Assembly (NCBI GenBank): GCA_963715985.1
Contig: CAVQSP010000017.1
Span: 192,001 to 256,000, forward strand
Reading direction: 5' to 3'
Length of the DNA: 64,000 bases
Source: an uncultured Thermoleophilia bacterium
Lineage (GTDB): Bacteria; Actinomycetota; Thermoleophilia; UBA2241
Position numbers and translations under genes: made by a program. Shown one piece after another: positions 1 to 9,565 of this stretch; the first letter of the stretch is position 1, and every line of letters starts with the position of its first letter. The notes under the pieces were generated by a model. It had not been told where the DNA came from, searched no databases, and saw only the letters and a program-made list of their open reading frames with translations.

Positions 1-59
1 CCCATCAGATCCGCGAACTGCTCCGCGTCGAGGCCGCCCAAGCCTGGTTTGTCGCTCAT
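1..59 (-). CDS. 5' end of a gene running off the left edge (MSDKPGLGGLDAEQFADLM...), product unknown
   Basis: ATG at 59-57 preceded by a GAAGGGAG RBS; GC3-biased frame open to the window edge. Confidence 0.6.
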   Translation of the reverse strand, partial: MSDKPGLGGLDAEQFADLM

Positions 60-170
60 CGATCGGCTCCCTTCGGTCTGTGTGTCGAGGTCGTACCCAC
101 ATACTCACCCGGACGCATCGTGTCACGCCGTTGACGCGGACACCGGAGGTGTCTGCCGGGCCGGCGGAAC

Positions 171-201
171 GGCGCGGGGCGGCCTGAGGCCGCCCCGCGC
201 C
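171..201. terminator. GC-rich hairpin, probable terminator of the 254..709 gene
   Basis: GGCGCGGGGCGGCC-TGA-GGCCGCCCCGCGCC, perfect 14-bp stem. Confidence 0.6.
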
Positions 202-253
202 TGCCGTCTCGTTCAGGCGCGGCCGGTCGCGGACTCGCGCCGGCGGTCGTGGC

Positions 254-709
254 TCAGCGGCCCCGTCGCCGCGAGCGCCGGTTCATGCCGGCCAGCGACA
301 CCGGCGAAAGCGGCCGACCGAACGGGTCGATGAACACGGAGACGAGTTCGCCCTTGGGCGGCAGCGTGCCTTCCAGCATCTCTACCGTGTACGTGAGCGA
401 GTCGCCCTCGATCTGCGGGTCCTTGAGCACGACGATGGCGTCCTCGGGGGTCTCGTCGCCCTTCTCCACGAAGGAGATCACGGCGTTCGGCGGGTCTACG
501 GCGAAGCTGTTCTCGCCGAGGCCCCACTCCTCCACGAACTTCTTCGTGGTGAGGTGGCCGACCACACGCTGCGGGCGGTCGGAGAAATAGAGGGTGGCGG
601 GCGAGAGGCCGTGGAACGTCACTTTGTCGCCGTCGGTGGTGAGCTCGCGCGCGGTCTGCGCGAACAGGGCCTCGATGTCTTCGAGGGTCTTCTCGATGTC
701 GTCGGTCAT
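254..709 (-). CDS. Conserved hypothetical protein (LFAQTA...YFSDRP...DPPNA family), Arg-rich C-terminus
   Basis: ATG at 709 with GAAGGAG RBS (track ORF 254..784 starts too early); strong coding bias. Confidence 0.8.
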   Translation of the reverse strand: MTDDIEKTLEDIEALFAQTARELTTDGDKVTFHGLSPATLYFSDRPQRVVGHLTTKKFVEEWGLGENSFAVDPPNAVISFVEKGDETPEDAIVVLKDPQIEGDSLTYTVEMLEGTLPPKGELVSVFIDPFGRPLSPVSLAGMNRRSRRRGR

Positions 710-786
710 GGTGCTCCTTCTGCCTGCTTGGCGTGAGTAGGTCGTGGTCGTCGGCAGCACGCGATACGTATCAGCGGGCCGCACGA

Positions 787-802
787 GTTACCAGCGGGTC
801 AT
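787..802. promoter_or_regulatory. Shared operator-like box, copy 1 (GTTACC-AGCG-GGTCAT)
   Basis: Matches boxes at 6290-6305 and 15872-15887; 78 bp upstream of the start at 709. Confidence 0.5.
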
Positions 803-1015
803 GTCCCTATTGTGCTCCGTGCGCGGTCGTTGTGAAACTCAGGGCACGGACGCAGTGCGGCCGGCGGCGAGGGAGCGGGAGGGACAATTGACGTGCACCG
901 TCGACGAGGGCCTCAGCGAGAGCGCCAAATCAGGTAACGTTGGCGCAGATGCTCCACCTGAGAGGTCCACGGAGACATGCCGCCCCAGAGGACGGCGACG
1001 GCGAGGGGAGAAGCG

Positions 1016-3778
1016 ATGGCAACGACAGGCCAGGGTCCGGCGGACACGGGAGGAGACGGCGCGCGCTGGTGGGCGCTCTCGAGCGATGATGCCGCCGCCA
1101 AGCTCGGCGTCGACCCCGCCGCCGGCCTCACGGCGGCGAAGGCCGCCGAGCTGCTCAAGCAGAACGGGCCCAACGCCCTTCCCGAAGAGAAGGGCGCGCC
1201 GGGCTGGAAGCGCTTCCTCGACCAGTACCGCGCCTACATGCAGATCATCCTGCTCATCGCGGCCGTCGTTTCGTTCGCCATCGGCCAGTGGAGCACCGGT
1301 GCGGTGCTGGTGGGCCTCACGGTGTTCAACGCCGTCGTCGGCCTCCGTCAGGAGGGCAAGGCCGAGAGCGCCATGAACGCGCTCAAGTCACTGATGAAGC
1401 TGACGGCGCGCGTGCGGCGCGACGGGGCAGAGGCGGAGATCCCGGCCGAGGAGGTCGTGGTCGGCGACGTCGTGCTGATCAGCGCCGGCGACAGCGTGCC
1501 GGCCGACGGCCGGATCATCCAGGCGAGCTCGCTCGACATCGACGAGTCCGCGCTCACCGGGGAGAGCGTGCCGGCGTCGAAGGAGACGGACCCGCTCGCC
1601 GACACCGATCTCGGCCCCGGCGACCGTCACAACATGGCGTTCATGAACACGCCGGTCACGCACGGCAGCGGCATGATGCTGGTGACGGCGACGGGCGCCG
1701 ACGCGGAAGTCGGCAAGATCGCCGGCATGCTGGCGGCGACCACCAAGGAGCAGACGCCGCTCACCAAGCAGCTGAACACGATGACGCTGTGGATCGGCGC
1801 CGCCGCGCTGGGGACGATGATCGTCATGTTCGCGCTCGGCCTCTCCCGGGGCCAGTCGGCCGACAGCCTGTTCATCACGGCCATCGCTCTGGCGATCGCG
1901 GCCATCCCGACGGCGCTGCCCACCGTCCTCCAGGTGATCCTCTCCGCCGGCGCCAAGGAGCTCGCCGCGCAGAAGGCCATCGTCAAGGACCTCGTGTCGG
2001 TGGAGACGCTCGGGTCCACGTCGGCCATCAACTCCGACAAGACCGGCACGCTGACGATGAACCAGATGACGGCCGTCGAGCTCGTCGACGCCGTCGACCG
2101 CTACACGATCTCCGGGATCGGCTACGGCCTCGAGGGCAAGATCCAGCACGCGGCCGGCACCACCGCGTCCATGGACGAGGCGGTGCTCCCGTACGTCATC
2201 GCCAGCGACGCCAAGCTCGAAGACGGCAAGGTCGTCGGCGACCCGACCGAGGGCGCCCTGCTCGTCCTCGGGCACAAGGCAGGCCTGGACATCGACGCCA
2301 GCCGGGAGAGGTTCCCACGTCTGGCCACGCTGCCGTTCGACCCTACGTACAAGCTCATGGCGACCTTCAACTCCGCCACCGACTCGTCGGGCAAGGACGT
2401 GGTCCGTTGCTTCGTCAAGGGAGCGGCGCCCGCTGTGATGAGCCACACCACGAGCGCTCTCGCCGGCGGCGCCATCATGCCTCTGGACGACGAGCTCAAG
2501 AAGAAGGGGGAGGCCGCCATCACCCGCATGGAGGGCGAGGGGCACCGTGTGATGGCGGCCGCCATCCGCGACCTCGACCCGGCGGCGTTCGACGCCGAAG
2601 GCGATCTGCTGAGCTACGTCACCGAGCTCCAGCTGACGTCCATCGTCGCCATGGTCGACCCGCCCCGCGAGGAGTCCAAGGCGGCCGTGCGCGACGCCCA
2701 GCGCGCCCACATCACGGTGCGCATGGTCACCGGCGACGACGTCACGACGGGGGCGGCCATCGCCAAGCAGCTCGGCATCCCCGGCGAGGCGATGCTGGGG
2801 ACCGAGTTCGCCGCGCTGAGCGCGGAGGAGCGACTGGCCCGCATCGACGACATCGGCGTGGTCGGCCGCGTGGCTCCCGAGCACAAGGTGCTCCTCGTCG
2901 AGACGCTGAGGAAGAAGGGCCACGTGGTCGCCATGACCGGGGACGGCGTCAACGATGCCCCGGCCATCAAGGCGGCGGACATCGGCATCGCCATGGGCAC
3001 CGGCACCGAGGTGGCCAAGAACGCCGGCCGCATGATCCTCTCGGACGACAACTTCGCCACCATCGTGCGCGCGGTCGAGAAGGGCCGCGCAGTCTACGAC
3101 AACCTCAACAAGTTCATCCGCTTCGTGATGCTCGAGCTCGCGGCCTACATCATGACCTTCCTCGGGGCCAGCATCCTCAACATCGCCGCCGGGCAGCCGT
3201 TCTCCGCCTCCCAGATCCTCTACATCAACTTCCTCGTCAACGCACCACTCGGCATCGCCCTGGGCATGGACAAGGAGGCGCCGGGGCTCATGGAGCAGGT
3301 GCCGCGGTCGCGCGACGCGTCGATCATGACCAAGGGCCTGCTGGTCACCGCCGGCCTCGTCGGCCTGTTCATGGCCGTGTGCACGCTCTGGCTGATCAGC
3401 TACGGCACGGCCCACTACGGCAAGGTCGAGATCGGCTCCTCGATGGGCCTGACTGCGTTCTCGCTGCTCATCGTGGCCTCCGCCTTCCAGGCGCGCAGCG
3501 TGACCGGCACGGCGCTGACGACCGCGACGTTCGACAACCGGCACCTGAACTGGACGGTGCTCGCGGAGCTCGTGCTCGCCGTGCTCATCACGCAGATGGA
3601 CGTGCTGCGGCGGATCTTCGGGACCGTGGAGCTGACGGCCACGCAGTGGGCGCTGGCGGCGGTGCCCGCCGTGGCGCTCTTCTTCCTCTGGGAGCTCGGC
3701 AAGCGGATCGCGGGCGGCGGGGCCGGCCACTCGCAAGAGGCCGTGGCGGCGAAGGCACCCGAGAAGGCCGCCGCGTAA
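1016..3778 (+). CDS. Cation-transporting P-type ATPase (type IIA-like, HAD-IC)
   Basis: TGES, DKTGTLT, KGA, MVTGD and GDGVNDAPA motifs; multiple TM segments; GAGGGGAG RBS before ATG 1016. Confidence 0.95.
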   Translation: MATTGQGPADTGGDGARWWALSSDDAAAKLGVDPAAGLTAAKAAELLKQNGPNALPEEKGAPGWKRFLDQYRAYMQIILLIAAVVSFAIGQWSTGAVLVGLTVFNAVVGLRQEGKAESAMNALKSLMKLTARVRRDGAEAEIPAEEVVVGDVVLISAGDSVPADGRIIQASSLDIDESALTGESVPASKETDPLADTDLGPGDRHNMAFMNTPVTHGSGMMLVTATGADAEVGKIAGMLAATTKEQTPLTKQLNTMTLWIGAAALGTMIVMFALGLSRGQSADSLFITAIALAIAAIPTALPTVLQVILSAGAKELAAQKAIVKDLVSVETLGSTSAINSDKTGTLTMNQMTAVELVDAVDRYTISGIGYGLEGKIQHAAGTTASMDEAVLPYVIASDAKLEDGKVVGDPTEGALLVLGHKAGLDIDASRERFPRLATLPFDPTYKLMATFNSATDSSGKDVVRCFVKGAAPAVMSHTTSALAGGAIMPLDDELKKKGEAAITRMEGEGHRVMAAAIRDLDPAAFDAEGDLLSYVTELQLTSIVAMVDPPREESKAAVRDAQRAHITVRMVTGDDVTTGAAIAKQLGIPGEAMLGTEFAALSAEERLARIDDIGVVGRVAPEHKVLLVETLRKKGHVVAMTGDGVNDAPAIKAADIGIAMGTGTEVAKNAGRMILSDDNFATIVRAVEKGRAVYDNLNKFIRFVMLELAAYIMTFLGASILNIAAGQPFSASQILYINFLVNAPLGIALGMDKEAPGLMEQVPRSRDASIMTKGLLVTAGLVGLFMAVCTLWLISYGTAHYGKVEIGSSMGLTAFSLLIVASAFQARSVTGTALTTATFDNRHLNWTVLAELVLAVLITQMDVLRRIFGTVELTATQWALAAVPAVALFFLWELGKRIAGGGAGHSQEAVAAKAPEKAAA

Positions 3779-3794
3779 GTGCTGAACGAGACGA

Positions 3795-3827
3795 GGGGCG
3801 GGGTGGCGCTGCGCGCCACCCCGCCCC
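3795..3827. terminator. Hairpin between convergent ATPase and sulfatase genes
   Basis: GGGGCGGGGTGGCGC-TGC-GCGCCACCCCGCCCC, perfect stem. Confidence 0.7.
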
Positions 3828-3857
3828 CGTGCCGTGCGGAGGCTCTCTCCGTCCGGC

Positions 3858-6209
3858 CTACTGGCGCGCCATGTGCATGCGCAGCTCGGCCTCGGGGTCG
3901 TGGATCAGCTCGCCGCTCACGTCGACGGTCACCTCGTGGAGCGTGCCGGTGAACTTGAACGGACTGGGGTAGTCCGGCGTGACCGGGGAGCCTGGGTTGG
4001 CGCCGCAGGTGAGGGCGCCGGGGTTGAGCATGAAGGGCGTCGTCGTCGGAGCTTCGGCGTTGGCGACCAGGGCGCCGTCGACGTAGAGCTGCAGCAGTCC
4101 CGGTGCGCCTTTGCCGTGGGGCAGGTCCGGCTGTCCGGTCGGCTCGAACTCGAAGCGCAGGTCGTGCTTGCCGGCCGGCAGAGCTTCGTCCGAAGCCACC
4201 GAGTAGAGGGCGCGGCCCACCCAGTTGTGCACGTAGGTGAGCTTGCCGTCCTTCACGTAGAGCGAGTAGCCGCCCGCGGCGCAGCCCTGGCAGAGCAGCA
4301 CGCCTTCGGCGCCCTCCTCTGGGATCTCGACGTTCGCGGTGATGCTGTGCGGGCGGTTCATCAGCCGCGGTGCCGCGAAGAACGGCACCGACTGCGTCCC
4401 GGGCCGGTAGGTGTAGCTCTCCCGGGGTACGGCCACCAGGGGTTTCTCGCCCATCACGCGCGCGAGGCCGCTGCCGTCGACCGGCATGACCTCGTACTTG
4501 CCGGCCTCCACGTACCAGGTCGCGATGAGCGCGATGAGCTTGTCGCGGTTCTCCTCCGCCACGTTGTGGTTCTCGGCGAAGTCCTCGTCGGTGTGGTAGA
4601 GCTCCCAGCCCTTGGCGTCGAGCTCCGAGAGCTTCTCCGCCGAGATCGGCTGTCCGAAGCCGACGCCGGCCTCGGCGAACGACGGGCCCGGCCAGGGGCA
4701 GACCGCCCGCCAGCCGTCGTGGTAGATGGCGCGGTGGCCGAGCATCTCGAAGTACTGGGTATGGTGCTTACTGTCGGCGGCGCCGTCGTCCAGCGCGTGC
4801 GCGAAGCTGACGCCCTGGAGCGGCGACTGCGTGACTCCCTTGATGGTCGCCGGCGGCTCCAGGTCGAGCAGGTCGAGGACGGTCGGCACCATGTCGATGA
4901 TGTGCGCGTACTGGTTCCGCACCTCGCCGCTGGCCTTGATCCCCGCGGGCCAGGAGACGATGAACGGGTCGCAGGCGCCGCCGCGGTAGGTCTCGCGCTT
5001 CCAGCGCCGGAACGGCGTGTTGCCGGCATTGGTCCAGCCCCAGGGGTAGTGGTTGAAGTGCCTGGGGCCGCCGATCTCGTCGATGACCGCGAGGCTCTCC
5101 TCGAGCGGCTCCTGGGCGTTGTTGAAGAACTGTGCCTCGTTGGTCGTCCCGGTGGGGCCGCCCTCGGCGCTGGCGCCGTTGTCGGAGATCACCATGACGA
5201 TGGTGTTCTCGAGCAGGCCCTGGGCGCGCAGGTAGTCGAGCAGGCGTCCGAGGTGGTGGTCGGTGTGGCTGAGGAAGCCGGCGAAGACCTCCATCATGCG
5301 GCTGTAGAGCTTGCGCGCCTCAGCGGGCAGCGAGTCCCAGTCGGGGACGTCGGGGTCGTGGCGCGAGAGCTCGGCGTCCGCCGGCACGATGCCCAGTTCC
5401 TTCTGGCGCGCGAAGGTCCTCTCGCGGTAGGCGTCCCAGCCGTCGTCGAACTGGCCCGCGTACTTGTCGGCCCACTCCTTGGGGGCGTGGTGTGGCGCGT
5501 GTGTGGCCCCGAAGCAGAGGTGCAGGTAGAAGGGCTTGTCGGGGTCGATCTGCCTCGCGTCGGCGATGAACTCGATCGACTTGTCGATGAGGTCGGGGGT
5601 GAGGTGGTAGCCCTCCTCGGGGGTCGCCGGCGGCTCCACCTGGTGGTTGTCGTAGACAAGGTCGGGATACCACTGGCTCGTGTCGCCGCCGAGGAAGCCG
5701 TAGAAGCGCTCGAAGCCGCGGGCCAAAGGCCAGCGGTCGTAGGGACCGGCCGCGGTCTCCTGGTTGCTCGGCGTGAGGTGCCACTTGCCGACCATGTAGG
5801 TGTTGTAGCCCTGCTCCAGCAGCATCTCCGAGAGCATGCCGTTCTCGAGCGGGATGATGCCGTTGTACCCGGGGTAGCCGGTGGCGAACTCGGTGATGCA
5901 GGCCATGCCGTTGCTGTGGTGATTGCGCCCGGTGACGATACAGGAGCGGCTCGGCGAGCAGAGCGCCGTGGTGTGCATGTTGTTGAAGCGCAGGCCCTGG
6001 GCGGCGAGCGCGTCGAAGTTCGGCGTCTCGATCGGGCTGCCGTAGCAGCCCAGGTTGCCGAAGCCGGTGTCGTCAAGGACGACGAAGAGCACGTTGGGGG
6101 TGCCCTTCTTGGCGCGGATCGGCGCCGGCCAGGCCTCGCTCGATTCGTCGGTGGTGCGGCCGATCACCCCCGGGAACGCTGCGCCTTCGGGATACTCTAC
6201 TAACGCCAT
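3858..6209 (-). CDS. Arylsulfatase (Cys-type, formylglycine-dependent, AtsA-like), no signal peptide
   Basis: PNVLFVVLDD, CSPSR...TGR, GKWHL and SDNGAS motifs. Confidence 0.95.
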   Translation of the reverse strand: MALVEYPEGAAFPGVIGRTTDESSEAWPAPIRAKKGTPNVLFVVLDDTGFGNLGCYGSPIETPNFDALAAQGLRFNNMHTTALCSPSRSCIVTGRNHHSNGMACITEFATGYPGYNGIIPLENGMLSEMLLEQGYNTYMVGKWHLTPSNQETAAGPYDRWPLARGFERFYGFLGGDTSQWYPDLVYDNHQVEPPATPEEGYHLTPDLIDKSIEFIADARQIDPDKPFYLHLCFGATHAPHHAPKEWADKYAGQFDDGWDAYRERTFARQKELGIVPADAELSRHDPDVPDWDSLPAEARKLYSRMMEVFAGFLSHTDHHLGRLLDYLRAQGLLENTIVMVISDNGASAEGGPTGTTNEAQFFNNAQEPLEESLAVIDEIGGPRHFNHYPWGWTNAGNTPFRRWKRETYRGGACDPFIVSWPAGIKASGEVRNQYAHIIDMVPTVLDLLDLEPPATIKGVTQSPLQGVSFAHALDDGAADSKHHTQYFEMLGHRAIYHDGWRAVCPWPGPSFAEAGVGFGQPISAEKLSELDAKGWELYHTDEDFAENHNVAEENRDKLIALIATWYVEAGKYEVMPVDGSGLARVMGEKPLVAVPRESYTYRPGTQSVPFFAAPRLMNRPHSITANVEIPEEGAEGVLLCQGCAAGGYSLYVKDGKLTYVHNWVGRALYSVASDEALPAGKHDLRFEFEPTGQPDLPHGKGAPGLLQLYVDGALVANAEAPTTTPFMLNPGALTCGANPGSPVTPDYPSPFKFTGTLHEVTVDVSGELIHDPEAELRMHMARQ

Positions 6210-6289
6210 CGTGACCTCCGCAGTCGTTGGGATCTGGGCTCACGGACCGAGCGCTGCGCTGCCGTCGCGCCTGCGCGTCCTTCTGCACC

Positions 6290-6325
6290 GTGACCGGATG
6301 GTAACGCATTGTCAGGAGTCTGACA
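6290..6325. promoter_or_regulatory. Shared box copy 2 (6290-6305) plus adjacent palindrome TGTCAG-GAGT-CTGACA (6310-6325, candidate TetR operator)
   Basis: Inverted repeats in the divergent sulfatase/tetR intergenic region. Confidence 0.55.
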
Positions 6326-6412
6326 CGCGCGGGATCTCGGGGGCCGCTTCGGCGCACCGGGGCCGTCGCACTTGTCCGCACGCGAATCGGTTAGGGTTGC
6401 GCCTACGGACTG

Positions 6413-7078
6413 ATGACGCTTGACAGAACCGGGGCCGGAATGACGAGCGACCAGCAAGGACATCGCGGGCGCGAGGCCACCGTTGCGGCCATCATGGATG
6501 CGGCGGAAGGACTGTTCTCGGCGCAGGGCTTCACCGCCGTCACCGTCCGCGCCATCGCGGTGCGTGCCGGCGTCTCTCATGCCCTCGTGCACCGCTACCT
6601 CGGCAGCAAGTCGGAGATCTATCGCGCAGTCTTGAAGCGTGACGAGGAAGCGATCCTGCAGGCTGCGGCCGACGATGACGACCTCCTCACAAGCGCGAGT
6701 CTGATGTTCCGTGCAGCCGTCACGGTGCAGCGCCGGTACGTCCGTCTCATCGCGCATTCCGCACTGCACGGCCTTTCGTACGACCGCACCTCCGGCAGGT
6801 TTGCGGCGACCGAGCGGCTCATCGAGCTTGCGGAGCGCGCGGTCGCGTCGGCGTCGCCGAAGGAGCGTGCAGAGAAAGACCTCGATCCCCGCCTCGTCAT
6901 CGCCGCAGTCGTGGCGCTCCTCCTCGGGTGGACGGCGACCGAGTCCTGGGTGCGCCCTGCGGCAGGCATCCAGGACATGGACGAGGCCGAGGTCGAGCAA
7001 GGACTCGAGCGCGTGGTTCGCGGCATCCTCAGCGGCAACGTGCCGGGTCTCGGCGGCGAACGCTCCCCGGCGGGCTGA
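6413..7078 (+). CDS. TetR/AcrR family transcriptional regulator (start may be 6440)
   Basis: N-terminal HTH: AAEGLFSAQGFTAVTVRAIAVRAGVSHALVHRYLGSK. Confidence 0.9.
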   Translation: MTLDRTGAGMTSDQQGHRGREATVAAIMDAAEGLFSAQGFTAVTVRAIAVRAGVSHALVHRYLGSKSEIYRAVLKRDEEAILQAAADDDDLLTSASLMFRAAVTVQRRYVRLIAHSALHGLSYDRTSGRFAATERLIELAERAVASASPKERAEKDLDPRLVIAAVVALLLGWTATESWVRPAAGIQDMDEAEVEQGLERVVRGILSGNVPGLGGERSPAG

Positions 7079-7146
7079 CCCCAGCCGCTACTTCCCGCGC
7101 GTGCGCAGCGTGCCTGCGGAGGCTCGACGCGCCGACGCCTCGACTC

Positions 7147-7824
7147 TCACCGCTGTCCACCGCGCGTACGCAGCGGGCCGATGCGCCCCTGCGCCGCAGC
7201 GGCTCCGCTCTCGCCCCCGCCGGCACCCCTGAGGACGTAGGCGAAGCCGACGGCGATCAGCGCCCCCGCGATCGGCCCCACCACGTAGGGCCAGTAGTGG
7301 GAGAAGTCGAGCAGCGCCATGTCGGGGCCGAAGGAGCGCGCCGGGTTCATCGAGGCGCCGCTGATGGGGCTCGACCAGAGCCCGGCGAGGATGATGTAGC
7401 CGCCCACCCCGAGGGCCCCGAAGACGCCCACGTTCTGGGCCCCGGAGGCGGTGCCGAGGATCGTGCTCACGAGGCCGACCGTGAGTATCAGTTCCATGAG
7501 CATCGCCTGCATGTTGCTGATGCCCGGGCCGGGCTCGGTGGCGCCGAGCATGCCGATCTTGCCCAGCACCGCCCATAGAAAGAGGCAGGCCAAGGTGGCG
7601 CCCAAGAGCTGGACGATGACGTAGCCGGGCACGCGCCGCCAGGGGAAGTCGCCGCGCGCGGCGAACGCGATGCTCACCGCGGGGTTGAGGTGCGCGCCCG
7701 AGACGGCGCCCATGAAGAGGATGATGGCCATCACCATGAGGCCCGGCGCGGTGACTGCGGCGGCGCGGCTGATGGCGCCGTCGGACTGCGCGTTCACAAC
7801 GGCTCCCCCGGCCCCGACGAGCAC
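7147..7824 (-). CDS. MIP/aquaporin family channel, copy 1, N-terminally truncated
   Basis: SGAHLNPAVS and SGASMNPARS NPA motifs; upstream frame has a degenerate EPRRLLNELDTLFLV but no start before the stop at 7888-7890. Confidence 0.85.
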   Translation of the reverse strand: MLVGAGGAVVNAQSDGAISRAAAVTAPGLMVMAIILFMGAVSGAHLNPAVSIAFAARGDFPWRRVPGYVIVQLLGATLACLFLWAVLGKIGMLGATEPGPGISNMQAMLMELILTVGLVSTILGTASGAQNVGVFGALGVGGYIILAGLWSSPISGASMNPARSFGPDMALLDFSHYWPYVVGPIAGALIAVGFAYVLRGAGGGESGAAAAQGRIGPLRTRGGQR

Positions 7825-7887
7825 GAGGAAGAGCGTATCCAGCTCGTTGAGGAGCCGCCTCGGCTCACACGTGCCGGTGTCGCAGCC

Positions 7888-7945
7888 TCACGCCTCGGCC
7901 ATCTCCTTGTCCAGCCCCTTGGCGTGGGCCTTCAGCTCCGTTGCG
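7888..7945 (-). pseudogene. 3' remnant of a DUF1269-family gene
   Basis: Encodes ELKAHAKGLDKEMAEA*, resembling the C-terminus of 9002..9511 (DAKELDKQLAEAEKEMAEA*). Confidence 0.5.
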
Positions 7946-7949
7946 ACCC

Positions 7950-8869
7950 TCACACAAGCTTCTTGTCGGAGTCTGCGATGGCCGTAGGCTCCGCTTCGCC
8001 GTGGTCGATCTCGTACGCGAGCTTCTTGGTCTTCTCGAGGTCGCCGGGTCCCAGGACGCCGGATCCGGCGGCGCGACCGATGAGGCCGCCGCCGCGCCCG
8101 CGGAGGACGTAGGCGCAGCCGACGGCGATCAGGGCACCGGCGATCGGACCGACGACGTAGACCCAGTAGCTGCGAGACGTCCAGCACCGCCATGTCCGGA
8201 CCGAACGAGCGCGCGGGGTTCATCGAGGCGCCGCTGACGGGGCCGCCCAAAGGCCGGCGAGCGCGATGTACCCGCCGACACCGATCGCCGCCGATGGCGC
8301 CGACGTTCTGTGCCGCCGGACGCCGTGCCGAGGATCACGCTCACCAGCCCGAAGGTGAGGACGACCTCCATGAGGAGCGCCTGCCTGTTCACGTAACCGG
8401 GGCCGGGAAGCGGTCGCGCCGAGCATGCCGACGTTGCCGAAGCACGGCGTAGAGGAAGAGGCAGGACGAGCGTGGCTCCGAGGAGCTGAAGGATGATGTA
8501 GCCGGGGACCCGCTCCATGGGAAGTCACCGCGCAGCGGCGAAGGCGAGCGAGACAGCGGGGTTGAGGTGAGCGCCCGAGACGGCGCCCATGAAGAGGATG
8601 ATCGCCATGACCATGAGGCCCGGCGCCGTGACCGCGGCGGCGCGGCTGATAGCGCCGTCGGACTGCGCGTTCACAACGGCCCCCCCGGCCCCCACGAGCA
8701 CGAGGAAGAAGGTGCCCAGGAGCTCGCAGAAGAGCCGCCGCCACTCGTGTCTGGGATCGTCGAAGTCGCCCGCCGCGCCGAACTCGAGCTCAAGCAGACG
8801 GTGCCGCCGGCGCTCCAGCGCAGGCGGGACATCCACGTCAGCGCCGGGCCTGGTCTCCTGCTCTTCCAT
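7950..8869 (-). pseudogene. MIP/aquaporin copy 2 with several frameshifts (decay or sequencing error)
   Basis: EWRRLFCELLGTFFLV, HLNPAVS and SMNPARS lie in different frames; near-identical to 7680-7830; tail LEKTKKLAYEIDHG...DKKLV*. Confidence 0.8.
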
Positions 8870-8936
8870 GGCCCCGCCTCCTGTCCATCGGCCTCGCCGC
8901 CGTGATCAGCGCGTACAAGGCCTCCCCTTCAACGCG

Positions 8937-8970
8937 GAGGCCCGCGGGTCCTTTCGGACGCGCGGGCCTC
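8937..8970. terminator. Hairpin downstream of the DUF1269 gene
   Basis: GAGGCCCGCG...CGCGGGCCTC stem. Confidence 0.5.
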
Positions 8971-9001
8971 TGCGACCGCTGACTCGTGGCGCCGTAGCGC
9001 C

Positions 9002-9511
9002 TCAGGCCTCGGCCATCTCCTTCTCCGCCTCGGCCAGCTGCTTGTCCAGCTCCTTGGCGTCGACCTTGATCTCCTTCTCCATCTGCTTCTCGGCCTTGAG
9101 CTCGGCCTTCATCAGCTGCTCGTCGAGCTTGTCGCGGCCGATGACGATGAGGGCGGCCTCGCCCTCGTCCAGCATCTCGCCGAGCTCCTTGACGTCCTTG
9201 CGCGACATGCCCCGCCAGAAGTGCCCGATGAGGCCGCCGGCCACGCCGCCCACGAGGGCGGTGCCGATGATGGAGGGCGGGAACAGCACGCCGATGACGG
9301 CGCCCACGGCGATGCCTGTCCAGGCGCCGTGCTGCGTGGGCTTCTCCCACTTGGTGACGTGGACGCCCTTCTCGTCTTTGGTGGCCACGGCGGCGTCGTA
9401 GGTACCGATGACCTTGGCGGCGTGCAGGTCGCGCACGACCTCGAGGTCCTCGCGCGCGAGGGCTGGGTCGCTGTAGACGCCGACGAACAGGAACGCGGAC
9501 TGGTCTGCCAT
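9002..9511 (-). CDS. DUF1269 family protein with glycine-zipper segment
   Basis: DAAVATKDEKG, GAWTGIAVGAVIGVLFPP...GGLIG and LDEGEAALIV; AAGGAG RBS. Confidence 0.85.
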   Translation of the reverse strand: MADQSAFLFVGVYSDPALAREDLEVVRDLHAAKVIGTYDAAVATKDEKGVHVTKWEKPTQHGAWTGIAVGAVIGVLFPPSIIGTALVGGVAGGLIGHFWRGMSRKDVKELGEMLDEGEAALIVIGRDKLDEQLMKAELKAEKQMEKEIKVDAKELDKQLAEAEKEMAEA

Positions 9512-9565
9512 GCTGACTCCTTGGGTGGGTTGGCGGTGAGAACGGTGCGGCGGCCGGTGCCGCCT

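Noticed and set aside
810-1015. Possible yybP-ykoY, M-box or fluoride riboswitch upstream of the P-type ATPase
   Set aside because: No recognisable consensus by eye; an Infernal/Rfam scan would be needed
1288-6203. Long alternative ORFs such as 1288..3972 (+), 1388..3736 (-) and 3834..6203 (+), and similar ones at 22139, 29485, 47848 and 48545
   Set aside because: Shadow frames of real genes in high-GC DNA: Arg/Gly/Pro-rich or antisense, with no motifs
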